Positions 48,509 through 58,914 are shown, counted from the stretch's first letter. The stretch: 64,000 bases of DNA from an uncultured Desulfatitalea sp. (GCA_963668675.2 CAXXMB010000002.1:2176001-2240000), one strand, 5' to 3'. The notes: generated from the sequence alone by a model not told the origin. Made by a program: numbers and translations.

Positions 48509-49813
48509 TTACCACTTCTTGATCCACTCCAGCGGGTCTTCTCCCGGAGGCGCACAGACCTCTTCCATCGGAATGTGATAGATCTGATCAATACCGAAGT
48601 TATATGGTTTTTGCTCCTTGTACAGTCCGGCCCATTTGGGGGTGCTGGCCTTGCCGTCGGAGCGGTAAGTCGACCATCCCAACTGGTGGGCGACAGCAAG
48701 ACCCGGGAAGGCCGCCGCGATCTGATCGTTGCTCGGCCAAGCGCCGGTCACGGCCGCCGCCCGCTCTACCGCTGCCACCAAGGCCAGAAAACCTGCCCCG
48801 GTAAAGGCCGCGCCTGCGGGGGTCGCATTTTGATGCGCCTGGTAATACATGTCGTAAAAAAATTTGTTCAGCGGCCATTTGTTTGGATCGGGAGCGGTGG
48901 GCAACCCCTCTACCGGGAAGGGTGGATGCCCGATGAGCTGTTTGGGAAGGGGCCGCTTTTCGGTGCTGTAAAATTCACCATGGTCTCCCATCAATTTCGA
49001 ATGCTTGGCCACGCCGCGCTGGATGCATTGATCGGCGAACCTCGTCGAGTCAGCTCCCCAGAAGCTGTTGAACACCACTGTTGGTTTGGTCGATAGAATC
49101 TTGGCAATGTGAGGAGAGTAATCGGGGGTAAACAATTTGGGCCACAGTTCGGCTACGGTTTCAGCTTTGGGATCCACCTTTTTGAGCACCGTATCGAAAA
49201 TGTCATGAATTTCATGCCCGTATGCGTAATCCGGATGCACATGGGCCACCTTGGCCCCCGGGAAGAATTTCGCGCAGGCCAACGCCGCGGAGGCCGCATG
49301 GGCGATGGTGTCGTTCACCGCCTTGAAGACATATTTTCGAAACTTGGTGGGATCATCCGGGTTCTGCCAGGTCACCTTGTGCGTGCGCGCCAGAGTGTTG
49401 ATAAATATCGTTTTACTCTCTTCGGCGATCGGGGCTGCAGCGAGCGCGTTTCCGGATGAGGCCACGCCGAGGATGGCATCGACCTTGTCCTGCTGGGTAA
49501 GCCGCTTGAACGTCTCGACCACCTTAGCCACTGGCCCTTCATCGTCTTTGGAGAGCTCCAGCTTGCGACCCAACAGCCCGCCGTTTCGGTTGTAATGGTT
49601 GACCAGCAGCTCCATCATTTCATGGCCCGGATAGCCGTAAGAAGTAGCAGGTCCAGTCGAGAAAGCGACGACAGCCACCTTGAAAGGCGTTTTCGGTGCA
49701 TCGGCGGCCAACGCCTTGCGTTGGGCACCGGTCAGATAGAGGCCACCCGCCAACGTACCAAGACCCATTAATTTCATTGCATCACGACGACTAAAACCCA
49801 ACTCTTTTTTCAT
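48509..49813 (-). CDS. ABC substrate-binding protein (LivJ/K-like) with Tat signal
   Basis: SRRDAMK twin-arginine signal, N-x-GGLLGR, DYAYG, PDYSPHI; AGGAGG RBS. Confidence 0.85.
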   Translation of the reverse strand: MKKELGFSRRDAMKLMGLGTLAGGLYLTGAQRKALAADAPKTPFKVAVVAFSTGPATSYGYPGHEMMELLVNHYNRNGGLLGRKLELSKDDEGPVAKVVETFKRLTQQDKVDAILGVASSGNALAAAPIAEESKTIFINTLARTHKVTWQNPDDPTKFRKYVFKAVNDTIAHAASAALACAKFFPGAKVAHVHPDYAYGHEIHDIFDTVLKKVDPKAETVAELWPKLFTPDYSPHIAKILSTKPTVVFNSFWGADSTRFADQCIQRGVAKHSKLMGDHGEFYSTEKRPLPKQLIGHPPFPVEGLPTAPDPNKWPLNKFFYDMYYQAHQNATPAGAAFTGAGFLALVAAVERAAAVTGAWPSNDQIAAAFPGLAVAHQLGWSTYRSDGKASTPKWAGLYKEQKPYNFGIDQIYHIPMEEVCAPPGEDPLEWIKKW

Positions 49814-50211
49814 TTGCAACCTCCTTGCATTTTTGAAGAGCGGTAGACGTTAATATTGCAATGGCTCGGTAGTGCCTTGAGTCAAGCGATGAGGGTTCTT
49901 GAAATATGGTTGTCGATAAAGAGGGATCCTGAACACGCAATTTGATACTGGCATAGGTTCGCACCAAGGTCAATAATACAAACCAATGTTCGTTCTCGTC
50001 GTACAAAGCCGTGGCTGCTGTCGGTTCCTGGAAAATACTTCCCGGGCACTATCTGTCGACTCGATGGTGACCGGCATCCTGCCGCAGGTGGACATCTGCA
50101 TCAGAACTTCCAATATCTTATCTGTCAGACAGGCTCATTATTTGCTAATATGGTTGCCAACTATCGGATAATATAATAGTTTGCACCCACTCGAAGGCGG
50201 AAATCGAAAAG

Positions 50212-51012
50212 ATGAAAGTGACCATTATAGGATCGGGCACCTGTGTGCCGCGGCTATCAAGGAGCGCCAGCAGTTTGCTGGTAGAGACCGGCAAGGCCAA
50301 AATACTAGTCGACCTGGGACCGGGCACCATGCATCGGCTGCTGGAGTATGGTTTGACGATCTTCGATCTGACCCATATTTTTATCACCCACTTTCATCCC
50401 GACCACACCGCAGAGCTGGTTCCCCTGCTCTTTGCCACCAAGTATCCAGACGGTGCTGCGCGCACCCATCGCCTGACCATTGCCGGTGGGATCGGGTTGA
50501 AACGGTTTTACCAGGGGCTTCAGGCCGCCTACGGCCAATGGATCGTGTTGCCCGAAGAGCAGATGGCGCTTCAGGAGATCGATACCATGGCCGGCGAGGC
50601 GCTCACCTATGTCGAGGGTTTCAACGTGACCGCCAGGCCGGTCGATCATCGGCCCGAGAGCCTGGCCTATCGCTTCTCCGATTCGACCGGTAGTTCCGTG
50701 GCCTACTCGGGGGATACGGACGATTGTGAGACACTGGCAGAGGTGGCCCGGGGGGTCGATCTGTTCATCTGCGAGTCGGCCATGCCCGATGCGCTCAAGG
50801 TGCCCGGGCACATGACACCCTCCCTGGCCGGGACCATGGCTGCCCGGGCCGGCGCCAAACGCTTGGTGCTGACCCATCTCTATCCCGAGTGTGATGGGGT
50901 TGACCTTGTCAAACAAGCCCGGCGCACGTATAAAGGGCCGGTGATGGTTGCAGAGGATCTGCTCTCTTTTGTGTTGGAGGGGTCGATCCGAAATGGGGGG
51001 GCGCAAGGGTGA
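50212..51012 (+). CDS. MBL-fold metallo-hydrolase (RNase Z/BN-like)
   Basis: IGSG, DLGPG, THFHPDH, YSGDT, GHMTP, LTHLY. Confidence 0.88.
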   Translation: MKVTIIGSGTCVPRLSRSASSLLVETGKAKILVDLGPGTMHRLLEYGLTIFDLTHIFITHFHPDHTAELVPLLFATKYPDGAARTHRLTIAGGIGLKRFYQGLQAAYGQWIVLPEEQMALQEIDTMAGEALTYVEGFNVTARPVDHRPESLAYRFSDSTGSSVAYSGDTDDCETLAEVARGVDLFICESAMPDALKVPGHMTPSLAGTMAARAGAKRLVLTHLYPECDGVDLVKQARRTYKGPVMVAEDLLSFVLEGSIRNGGAQG

Positions 51013-51054
51013 GCCCCGATCGTAGCTGTTAATGGAGGTGCGATAGGAGTGCAT

Positions 51055-51747
51055 ATGAGATATTACCCGGTCTGTCTGGATATAAAGGGTCGCGATTGCC
51101 TGGTGGTCGGGGGCGGACAGGTGGGCACGCGCAAAGTGAAAACCCTGCTCGATTGTGGCGCCCGGGTGACGGTGGTGAGCCCCCAGGTCACGCAAGCGCT
51201 GGCCGAACTCGTCGGTAACGGTCAGATCACCTGGAAACCGCGTGCCTATAGTGCCGGCGATCAGGAGGGTGTGTTCCTGGTGATCGGGGCCACCGACGAA
51301 GAGGCGCTCAACCATGCCGTCTATGAGGATGCCAAGCAGGCCGGCCGTCTTTGCAACATTGCCGACCAACCCCGGCGCTGCAACTTTGTCCTGCCCTCCA
51401 TCGTGCAACAGGGCGATCTGATGATCGCCATCTCCACGGCCGGCAAAAGCCCGGCTTTTGCCAAATTCATGCGACGGCAGCTGCAGGAGCAGTTCGGACC
51501 GGAGTACGGCACATTCCTGGATCTCATGGGAGCGGTGCGGCAGCACCTGCTTGCCCAGGCCCACGCACCCGAAGCGCATAAACCCATTTTTGAAGCGTTG
51601 ATCGAACAGGGAATGCTGGAGCTGATTCGACAGGATGACCGCGACCGGATCGATGCTCTCCTGGCCCGGGCGGTGGGGCCGGAATACACCTATGAACGTC
51701 TGATGGCGGCCGATGGCGGTGATGGCCGCCCCCGGCCCGAGAGGTAA
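51055..51747 (+). CDS. Precorrin-2 dehydrogenase/sirohydrochlorin ferrochelatase (SirC/Met8/CysG-N type)
   Basis: YYPV, VVGGGQVGTRK, CNIAD, AISTAGKSP. Confidence 0.9.
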   Translation: MRYYPVCLDIKGRDCLVVGGGQVGTRKVKTLLDCGARVTVVSPQVTQALAELVGNGQITWKPRAYSAGDQEGVFLVIGATDEEALNHAVYEDAKQAGRLCNIADQPRRCNFVLPSIVQQGDLMIAISTAGKSPAFAKFMRRQLQEQFGPEYGTFLDLMGAVRQHLLAQAHAPEAHKPIFEALIEQGMLELIRQDDRDRIDALLARAVGPEYTYERLMAADGGDGRPRPER

Positions 51748-51757
51748 GGAACGACCT

Positions 51758-52579
51758 ATGCAAATCGCATTTATCGTGGCCATCTTGTTGTACATGCTCA
51801 GTGCCGCCTGCTACTTCGCCTATCTGTTTCTCCAGCGCGATCGGTTGCAGCAGGTGGGTGGGCTCCTGCTCACCGTTGGTTTCATCTGTCAAACCGTCAC
51901 GATCGGGTGGGCATTTGCGGCCACCGGCCATGTGCCGGTCAACAACCTGCACGAGACGCTCACCATGACGGCCTGGGCGGTGGTCGGCGCATTTCTGGCG
52001 CTCAATCTCAAGTTTCGAATCAAAATATTGGGGGTCTATGTAGCACCTCTGGCGGTATTCATCCTCCTGATCGCCACCCAGTTTCCCCGTGAATTGCTCC
52101 AGCCGGAAAACATGCTCAAAGGGGTCTGGCTGATCATTCACATCATCACCATTTTTGCCGGCGACGCCGCCTTTGCTTTGGCCGCCGGCGTTGGGGTGCT
52201 CTACCTGCTTCAGGAGCGCAATATAAAAGCCAAAACCCGGGGCTTCTTCTTCAAGCGCCTGCCGTCATTGGATTTGCTTGACACCACCGGGTATGCATGT
52301 ATTGTAGGCGGTTTTACACTGCTGACCATTGGATTGGTCACGGGCATGATCTATGCGAAAGTATTGTGGGGGCGTTTTTGGAGCTGGGACCCCAAAGAGG
52401 TGTGGTCGGCCATCACCTGGATTTTCTATGCCGTGCACCTGCACGTCCGCCTGGCCATCGGCTGGCGTGGCCGACGCGCCGCCGTTATGGCCATCGTTGG
52501 GCTGGGCGTGTTGCTCTTCACCTTTTTTGGGGTTAACTTCTTGCTTTCCGGGCATCATGGGCAGTTTACGAGATATTAA
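51758..52579 (+). CDS. ccsA: Cytochrome c assembly CcsA/HemX-type membrane protein
   Basis: WGRFWSWDPKEVWS (WWD domain), conserved His residues; located between sirC-like and hemA. Confidence 0.85.
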   Translation: MQIAFIVAILLYMLSAACYFAYLFLQRDRLQQVGGLLLTVGFICQTVTIGWAFAATGHVPVNNLHETLTMTAWAVVGAFLALNLKFRIKILGVYVAPLAVFILLIATQFPRELLQPENMLKGVWLIIHIITIFAGDAAFALAAGVGVLYLLQERNIKAKTRGFFFKRLPSLDLLDTTGYACIVGGFTLLTIGLVTGMIYAKVLWGRFWSWDPKEVWSAITWIFYAVHLHVRLAIGWRGRRAAVMAIVGLGVLLFTFFGVNFLLSGHHGQFTRY

Positions 52580-52682
52580 CGACAGCCAGAGGCGTGAAAA
52601 TGGCTTCGGTGCCACGACGGCAGGATAGCATTGGCAGTGCAAGCGCATTAAAAGCGGATTCTTATTTAGTTTTTTGAATTTT

Positions 52683-53951
52683 ATGAACAAAATCATCCTC
52701 ATCGGACTGAACCACAAAACGGCGCCCATCGAGATACGGGAGTGCTTCGCCTTCTCCGATGACGATGCCCGTGTGGCGCTGACTGCGCTGTGTGCGGAGC
52801 CGTCGATCGAAGAGGCGGTGATTCTCTCCACCTGCAACCGCGTGGAGCTGATTATGGTCGCCGCCGAAGCCGCCGAAGCCGTCGAGAGGGCCAAGGTGTT
52901 TTTGTCTCAAACCAAGCAGGTGCCCCTCGATCGATTCGACGAGAGCCTCTACATCCACAACGGAGAGGCGGCGGCCCGGCATCTGTTTCGCGTGGCGGCC
53001 AGTCTTGACAGCATGGTGCTGGGAGAGCCCCAGATCCTCGGCCAGGTCAAGGCCGCCTACCGCACGGCCACCGAACAGAAGAGCTCCGGCGTTATCCTCA
53101 ACCGGCTGCTGCACCGTACCTTCTTCATCGCCAAGCGCATTCGCACCGAAACCGGCATCGGCGACCACGCCGTGTCGATCAGCTATGCCGCCATCGAGCT
53201 GGCCCGTAAGATTTTCGGCAGCCTGCGCAAAAAAAAGGTGTTGCTCATCGGCGCCGGGGAGATGGCTGAGCTGGCCGTCGAGCATCTGATCCGCAATCGG
53301 GCCGATTCGGTATTTGTGGCCAATCGAACCTTTGAACGGGGCATGGAGCTGGCCGCCCGCTACAAGGGCACCGCCATCCGGTTTGAAGAGATCATGCCCC
53401 ATCTCGAGCAGGTCGATATCATCATCAGCTCCACCGGCTCCCAGGAGTATATTCTGCACCCCTCCGATATCAAAGGCATCATGCGCCATCGCCGCAACCG
53501 TCCCCTCTTCTTTATCGACATTGCCGTACCCCGCGATATCGATCCACGCATCAACCAGATCAACAATGCTTACGTATACGATATCGACGACCTGAACGAA
53601 GTGGTGGACGACAATATCCAGGACCGGCGTCGGGAGGCGATCAAGGCCGACCGCATCATCGACGCGGCTATCATCCAGTTCCGGCAGTGGTACGACAGCC
53701 TCAATGTGGTGCCCACTATCAAGGCGCTGCACGCCAAAATCAGGGGGCTTGCGCAGGCGGAGGTGAAGAAAACCCTGGGACAGTTGCCCCATCTGACACC
53801 GGAAGACCAGCAGGCCATAGAGCGGATGATGGGTGCCACCGTGAGCAAAATCCTGCACGACCCCACCCGCTATTTGAAGAGCGATGGATGTATGGGCGAC
53901 CGCTCGGCCTCCCTGGACGTGGCGCGTAAACTGTTTAAATTAGACGAATAG
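52683..53951 (+). CDS. hemA: Glutamyl-tRNA reductase
   Basis: GLNHKTAP, STCNRVE, LDSMVLGEPQILGQVK, IGAGEM, DIAVPRDI. Confidence 0.97.
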   Translation: MNKIILIGLNHKTAPIEIRECFAFSDDDARVALTALCAEPSIEEAVILSTCNRVELIMVAAEAAEAVERAKVFLSQTKQVPLDRFDESLYIHNGEAAARHLFRVAASLDSMVLGEPQILGQVKAAYRTATEQKSSGVILNRLLHRTFFIAKRIRTETGIGDHAVSISYAAIELARKIFGSLRKKKVLLIGAGEMAELAVEHLIRNRADSVFVANRTFERGMELAARYKGTAIRFEEIMPHLEQVDIIISSTGSQEYILHPSDIKGIMRHRRNRPLFFIDIAVPRDIDPRINQINNAYVYDIDDLNEVVDDNIQDRRREAIKADRIIDAAIIQFRQWYDSLNVVPTIKALHAKIRGLAQAEVKKTLGQLPHLTPEDQQAIERMMGATVSKILHDPTRYLKSDGCMGDRSASLDVARKLFKLDE

Positions 53952-54084
53952 GGGTTGCGGGCGTTTTGGTGGCGGCTTCGTTTCGAAGCATTGCCGGCGA
54001 CTGTTTTTCAAACAAGTTTAAAGTGTTAAGTTGAAAATTCAAAGTGAAGGAAAGTCTCATTTTTTCATTTGGTGAGTTAAGGAG

Positions 54085-54229
54085 GATGAACTCGTAAAAA
54101 GATTCTCCGTCATTCCGGTGAAAGCCGGGCACGCAGTGATGCTTCAGCGCTATCCAGCTTTTTCAATCGCTTCTGGATGCCGGATCAGGTCCGGCATGAC
54201 GTGTGAACGACTTTTTAAGAGTCCATCAA
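54085..54229. repeat. MITE/REP-like element, copy 2
   Basis: Homologous to 23640-23798 (GATGAACTCGTAA...CGTCATTCCGG...TATCCAGCTTTTTCAAT...CTGGATGCCGGATCA.GTCCGGCATGACG...CATCAA). Confidence 0.8.
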
Positions 54230-54239
54230 GGAGGATCTG

Positions 54240-55178
54240 TTGAAAAAGATCGCATTTTTGTTTCCGGGACAAGGGTCTCAGAAGGTGGGCATGGGCCAGG
54301 ATCTCTATGAGGCGTTCGACGAGGTGAAAGCGATTTTCGCCGATGCCGACGAGGCTTCCGGGCTGCCTATTACCAAACTCTGTTTCGAAGGCCCCATGGA
54401 GGAGCTGACGCAAACGGTCAACCTGCAGCCGGCCATCACCGCCGTGAATCTGGCCTGCCTTGCCGGCATCGCCCAAAAGGGGATCAAGCCTCTGCTGTGT
54501 GCCGGGCATAGCCTGGGAGAGTACAGCGCCCTCTATGCCGCCGGCGTGGTCTCGGCCGCCGATTGTATCAAGCTGGTCTACAAACGCGGCCAGCTCATGC
54601 AGCGTGAGGCCGATCTGCACAAGGGTGCCATGAGCGCCATCGTTGGAATGACCATTGATCAACTTGACTCCATCGTAGCACAGGCTGCCAAAAACGGTGT
54701 GGTGGCCGTGGCCAACCATAACAGTGCCGAGCAGATCGTTATCACCGGTGCACCCGATGCGGTCCGTGCGGCCGGAGAAGATGCCGCCGGGCAAGGGGCA
54801 CGCGCTATTCCCCTCAAGGTGAGCGGCGCCTGGCACAGCCCCCTCATTCGGGGCGCAGAAGAGGAGTTCCGCACCTTTTTAGACGGCATCGCCTTCAGTG
54901 CACCGGCATGCCCGGTCATCCACAACGTTACGGCCGACGGAACCGACGATCCGGACCGGATCAGGACCCTCATGGCCCAACAGCTCTGCAGCCCGGTGCG
55001 CTGGTACGATTCGGTAATGAAGATGATCGATGGCGGCGTGGATCTGTTTGTGGAGATCGGTCCCGGCCGGGTGCTCACAGGATTGCTCAAAAAAATCCTG
55101 CCCGCCGGATACGATGCCCAAACCTACAATGTGTATGATTTGAAAACCCTACAGAAGTTCCTGGATGCGGCTGCCTGA
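54240..55178 (+). CDS. fabD: Malonyl-CoA:ACP transacylase
   Basis: FPGQGSQ, GHSLGEYSA, VSGAWHS, EIGPGRVL; TTG start after GGAGG. Confidence 0.96.
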   Translation: MKKIAFLFPGQGSQKVGMGQDLYEAFDEVKAIFADADEASGLPITKLCFEGPMEELTQTVNLQPAITAVNLACLAGIAQKGIKPLLCAGHSLGEYSALYAAGVVSAADCIKLVYKRGQLMQREADLHKGAMSAIVGMTIDQLDSIVAQAAKNGVVAVANHNSAEQIVITGAPDAVRAAGEDAAGQGARAIPLKVSGAWHSPLIRGAEEEFRTFLDGIAFSAPACPVIHNVTADGTDDPDRIRTLMAQQLCSPVRWYDSVMKMIDGGVDLFVEIGPGRVLTGLLKKILPAGYDAQTYNVYDLKTLQKFLDAAA

Positions 55179-55276
55179 TAAGGGTTACCTTCTTATTTTG
55201 CTTTACATCGGTATTTGTATTATGTTAACGAAAATCCTTTTTTATGAACCAAACCAATGCTCAAAGAGAGTTGCCC

Positions 55277-55639
55277 ATGAAAAAGAAAGATATCAAGTTT
55301 TTTGAGGAACTTCTGAGCAACCGCCTGGAGGAACTGCTGAGCCAGGCCGACAATACCGTCTCGGGCATGACCGAGCAGAAGGAAAATTTCCCCGATCCGA
55401 CCGACCGCGCCTCATTGGAATCCGACCGCAACTTCATGCTCCGCATACGGGATCGGGAGCACAAGCTTATTAAAAAGATCAAAAAAGCATTGGAACGTAT
55501 TGAAAACGGGACGTTCGGCATATGTGAATCGTGTGGCGAAGAGATCACCATTGAACGGCTGAAGGCGCGCCCGGTTACGACCCAATGCATCGAGTGCAAA
55601 ACCAAAGAGGAGGCTTTTGAAAAAGCGCTCGGTCTCTGA
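55277..55639 (+). CDS. dksA: RNA polymerase-binding factor DksA
   Basis: DPTDRA coiled-coil tip, RDRE, CESC...RL-x-ARP...CIEC zinc finger. Confidence 0.95.
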   Translation: MKKKDIKFFEELLSNRLEELLSQADNTVSGMTEQKENFPDPTDRASLESDRNFMLRIRDREHKLIKKIKKALERIENGTFGICESCGEEITIERLKARPVTTQCIECKTKEEAFEKALGL

Positions 55640-55840
55640 GAACCGCTTCAGAACCTCCCCTTCCCGCAAAAGATCAGACGGGATCTTCGACAGGCCCCAA
55701 CTCCCCTGCCGTCGGCGGGACAGGGCCGACGGCTCTAACGCTCGAAAAACGAAATTTTTCCTTTAAGTTAAGCTGCTACCACGTTGCCATGCCGGTCCTG
55801 TTGAGCCGGAGTGTCGGTGATCTGTGCGAAGGAAGGCTGA

Positions 55841-56740
55841 ATGATGGCATCTGAACAAACCGGAGGCATTGATCTCCACATCCATTCCAATGCCTCGGAC
55901 GGGACATGCTCCCCTGGGGAGATCGTCCGTATGGCTGTCGATAAAGGGCTCCGGGCCATCGCCATAACGGACCACGACACGCTGGACGGCAGCCGATCGG
56001 TGCTGGCCATGCCCCTGCCCGATCATCTGGAATTCATGACCGGTGTCGAGATCAGCACAGCTGCGCCGGCAGGCTTTCAAATGGGCGGCAGTCTGCATAT
56101 CCTCGGCTATGGGGTGGACCTGGACAACGCCCCGCTCGAACAGACCCTGACCGATCTGCAGCATGCCCGGGATGAACGCATTCCCCGAATCGTGGCCTTG
56201 CTCAACCGGGTGGATATCCCCATCACCATGGCGGAGGTGACCGCACTGGTCGGCGACGGCAGTGCCGGCCGTCCCCATGTCGCCCGAGTCCTCATACAGT
56301 CGGGCGCTGCCACAGATGTGAACGACGCCTTCGACCGCTATCTCGCCAAGGGCCAGCCGGCTTACGTCGAAAAGCGTCGCGTCGATTGCCGTCTCGCCAT
56401 CGAACTGATTCTGGGTGCAGGCGGCATTCCGGTACTGGCCCACCCCTATCTAGTGCCCGGCGGACGCACCGACGCCCTGCACGGGCTGCTCGGCCCGCTG
56501 TGCGACATGGGTCTTATGGGCATCGAGGCCTACTACTCTCGGCACACCCCCGAAGATGTGGCCCTCTATCTCGATTTCGCCCGTCGTTTCGATCTGTTGG
56601 TGACCGGTGGAACCGATTTTCACGGAGATTTGATAACCGACATTCAAATGGGCACCGGTCAGGGCGACCTTTTTGTCCCATACGTTCTTTATGAAGTCCT
56701 ATCATCAAAAATTGAGCAGCAGAAGCAGAAGGCAGTATAG
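55841..56740 (+). CDS. PHP domain protein (YciV/TrpH-like)
   Basis: DLHIHSNASDG, ITDHDT, HILGY, GRPH, LAHP, GGTDFHG. Confidence 0.9.
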   Translation: MMASEQTGGIDLHIHSNASDGTCSPGEIVRMAVDKGLRAIAITDHDTLDGSRSVLAMPLPDHLEFMTGVEISTAAPAGFQMGGSLHILGYGVDLDNAPLEQTLTDLQHARDERIPRIVALLNRVDIPITMAEVTALVGDGSAGRPHVARVLIQSGAATDVNDAFDRYLAKGQPAYVEKRRVDCRLAIELILGAGGIPVLAHPYLVPGGRTDALHGLLGPLCDMGLMGIEAYYSRHTPEDVALYLDFARRFDLLVTGGTDFHGDLITDIQMGTGQGDLFVPYVLYEVLSSKIEQQKQKAV

Positions 56741-56746
56741 CAAACC

Positions 56747-57502
56747 ATGGACACAAGCACGGATTACCCTGGGCTCCAGAATAGTCTTCGATACCATTTC
56801 AAAGAAAACTCCCTGCTCGAAGAGGCGTTGCGCCACAGTTCGTTTGTCAATGAACAGAACGACGGCGGGCTGCGCGACAACGAGCGGCTGGAATATCTTG
56901 GCGACGCCGTCCTCAATCTAGTAATCGGCGACCTGTTGATGCACGCCTACCCGCAGATGCGCGAGGGGGATCTCTCCCGCATCCGCGCCAACCTGGTGAA
57001 CGAGATCCAACTGGCCCATATCGCCCGCAACATAGGACTGGGCGGCTACCTGAAGCTGGGCAAGGGAGAGATCCAGACCGGCGGCCAGGACAAAAATTCC
57101 ATCCTGGCCAATGCCGTGGAGGCCGTGATCGCAGCCGTCTATCTGGACGGTGGGTTTAACGCCGCATTCGGCATGATCGAGACCCACTTTGCCGATCTCA
57201 TCGAGGAAGCCCCTGACGTCACCACCGGGCAGGATTTCAAAAGCCGGCTGCAGGAGTCGGTGCAGGGCAAAATTCAGGAGCTGCCTCGCTACCGCGTCGT
57301 CGATGCCAAAGGACCCGATCACGACAAGACTTTCTATGTGGAGATGGTTGCCGGTGATCTCAAAACCCAGGGGGTGGGCAAAAGCAAAAAACTGGCCGAG
57401 CAGGACGCAGCCCGCCAAGCCCTTGAACAGACCCTTGAACAGGCCATCGACCAGTCCACCGACCAGGCCATCAATAAGATCGACCCGGGCAAGGAGGGCT
57501 GA
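56747..57502 (+). CDS. rnc: Ribonuclease III
   Basis: NERLEYLGDAVL, EAVIAAVYLDGG, dsRBD with DFKSRLQE and GKSKKLAEQ. Confidence 0.96.
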   Translation: MDTSTDYPGLQNSLRYHFKENSLLEEALRHSSFVNEQNDGGLRDNERLEYLGDAVLNLVIGDLLMHAYPQMREGDLSRIRANLVNEIQLAHIARNIGLGGYLKLGKGEIQTGGQDKNSILANAVEAVIAAVYLDGGFNAAFGMIETHFADLIEEAPDVTTGQDFKSRLQESVQGKIQELPRYRVVDAKGPDHDKTFYVEMVAGDLKTQGVGKSKKLAEQDAARQALEQTLEQAIDQSTDQAINKIDPGKEG

Positions 57503-57512
57503 AACGCCGGTC

Positions 57513-58568
57513 ATGACCGACCCTACACCATCCAGACGCCCCTTCATCGTTCCGGTCTTCATTCCCCACGCCGGTTGTCCCCATCGCTGTATCTTCTGCA
57601 ACCAGAACGCCACCACCGGCCAGGTCGACACCTTGCCATCGGCCAGCGGCATACGGGAGAGCATCTCCGCGTTTCTGGCCCATCGCCGCGACCCCCGGCG
57701 CTTTACCGAGATATCCTTCTATGGCGGCAACTTCCTGGGCCTGCTCCCCGAGCAGATTCAACTGCTGCTGGCCACCGCTGCCGCATATGTGCACAAGGGG
57801 CACGCCAACGGCATCCGCTTTTCCACCCGGCCGGACACCATCGATAGCGGCCGCCTGGCCTTGCTTGATCCCTACCCGGTCACCACCATCGAACTGGGCG
57901 TGCAGTCCATGCGGAACGAGGTTCTCGAACAGTCGGCCCGAGGCCATACTGCTGAAGATACGCTGCGGGCCGTCGCTCTTCTCGCTGCAAGCCCATATGC
58001 ACTGGGCTTGCAGATGATGGTGGGGCTGCCGGGCGACACGACGGCCGGCGCCATGGCCACCGCCCGTCAGTTGGCTGGCCTCTCCCCGGATTTCGTTCGT
58101 ATCTATCCGACCGTTGTCTTCAAAAAGAGCCCCCTGGCCCGGCGGTATGCAGAGGGGCGCTACGAGCCGCTCTCGCTCGATGAGGCCGTGGCCCTGACTG
58201 CCGATCTTTTCCTGATCTTCGCCCGGCACGATATTCCTGTGATCCGTATGGGATTGCAGGCCGGCCCTGAGCTCGACCTCGACGCCGACCTGGTGGCCGG
58301 TCCGTTTCACCCGGCCTTCGGCGAACTGGTTCAGTCGGCCGTCTGGCAGGATGCCATCTCCCGTCATCTGGAAAAAGAGGGGTTACGGGGCGCCGAAGTG
58401 CTCATCGAGGTGCATTCGCGCCTGCTCTCCCAGATCAAAGGCCAGCACGACAGCAACATTATCGCCCTCTTGAACAAGCACGATCTGCGCGCCTTGGAGG
58501 TTCGTGCTAAAGACGTTGTGCCTGAAAAGATGGTGCATGTGAACGGTGTGGCCTGTCGGCGGTGGTAG
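57513..58568 (+). CDS. Radical SAM protein (Elp3/YhcC-like)
   Basis: GCPHRCIFCNQ (CxxxCxxC), FYGG, STRPD, IELGVQS, RIYPT. Confidence 0.9.
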   Translation: MTDPTPSRRPFIVPVFIPHAGCPHRCIFCNQNATTGQVDTLPSASGIRESISAFLAHRRDPRRFTEISFYGGNFLGLLPEQIQLLLATAAAYVHKGHANGIRFSTRPDTIDSGRLALLDPYPVTTIELGVQSMRNEVLEQSARGHTAEDTLRAVALLAASPYALGLQMMVGLPGDTTAGAMATARQLAGLSPDFVRIYPTVVFKKSPLARRYAEGRYEPLSLDEAVALTADLFLIFARHDIPVIRMGLQAGPELDLDADLVAGPFHPAFGELVQSAVWQDAISRHLEKEGLRGAEVLIEVHSRLLSQIKGQHDSNIIALLNKHDLRALEVRAKDVVPEKMVHVNGVACRRW

Positions 58569-58734
58569 GAAAAGAGGGGCGCACCGGCGATCCCTCTCCG
58601 CCGGCGTATGCCGTGCCGGACGCCGAAATCTGTGCCCGCTGGATCTAAGCATGGTCAGCGATTTGGACCAGGGCGACCGCTTGGAGATATTGGCGCTCTC
58701 TTTTTATCCGGATGCATTGCTGATTATTGTTGAG

Positions 58735-58914
58735 ATTGTAAAGTTTGCAACGTCGGCAGGCGCCCGTGTCGTTAAAGCGCCTCAAGAAACGTTCTGGGGC
58801 GGCTTCAGTGGGTACTTCGCCGACCTTGATGGCCATTATTGGGAAGTTGCCTGGGGGCCAATGTTTGAGTTTACAGAGAATGGTGACATGAGATTTAAGG
58901 AAGATGCGACCTGA
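58735..58914 (+). pseudogene. C-terminal fragment of a VOC/glyoxalase family gene
   Basis: AGARVVKAPQETFWGGFSGYFADLDGHYWEVAW is a typical VOC C-terminal half; upstream frame is unrelated. Confidence 0.7.

Noticed and set aside
49820..50200. Riboswitch or sigma54 promoter upstream of the ABC binding-protein gene
   Set aside because: No recognisable aptamer; TGGCA candidates do not have the GG-N10-GC spacing.
50305..51795. 496-aa minus-strand ORF
   Set aside because: Antisense to the MBL hydrolase and sirC-like genes.
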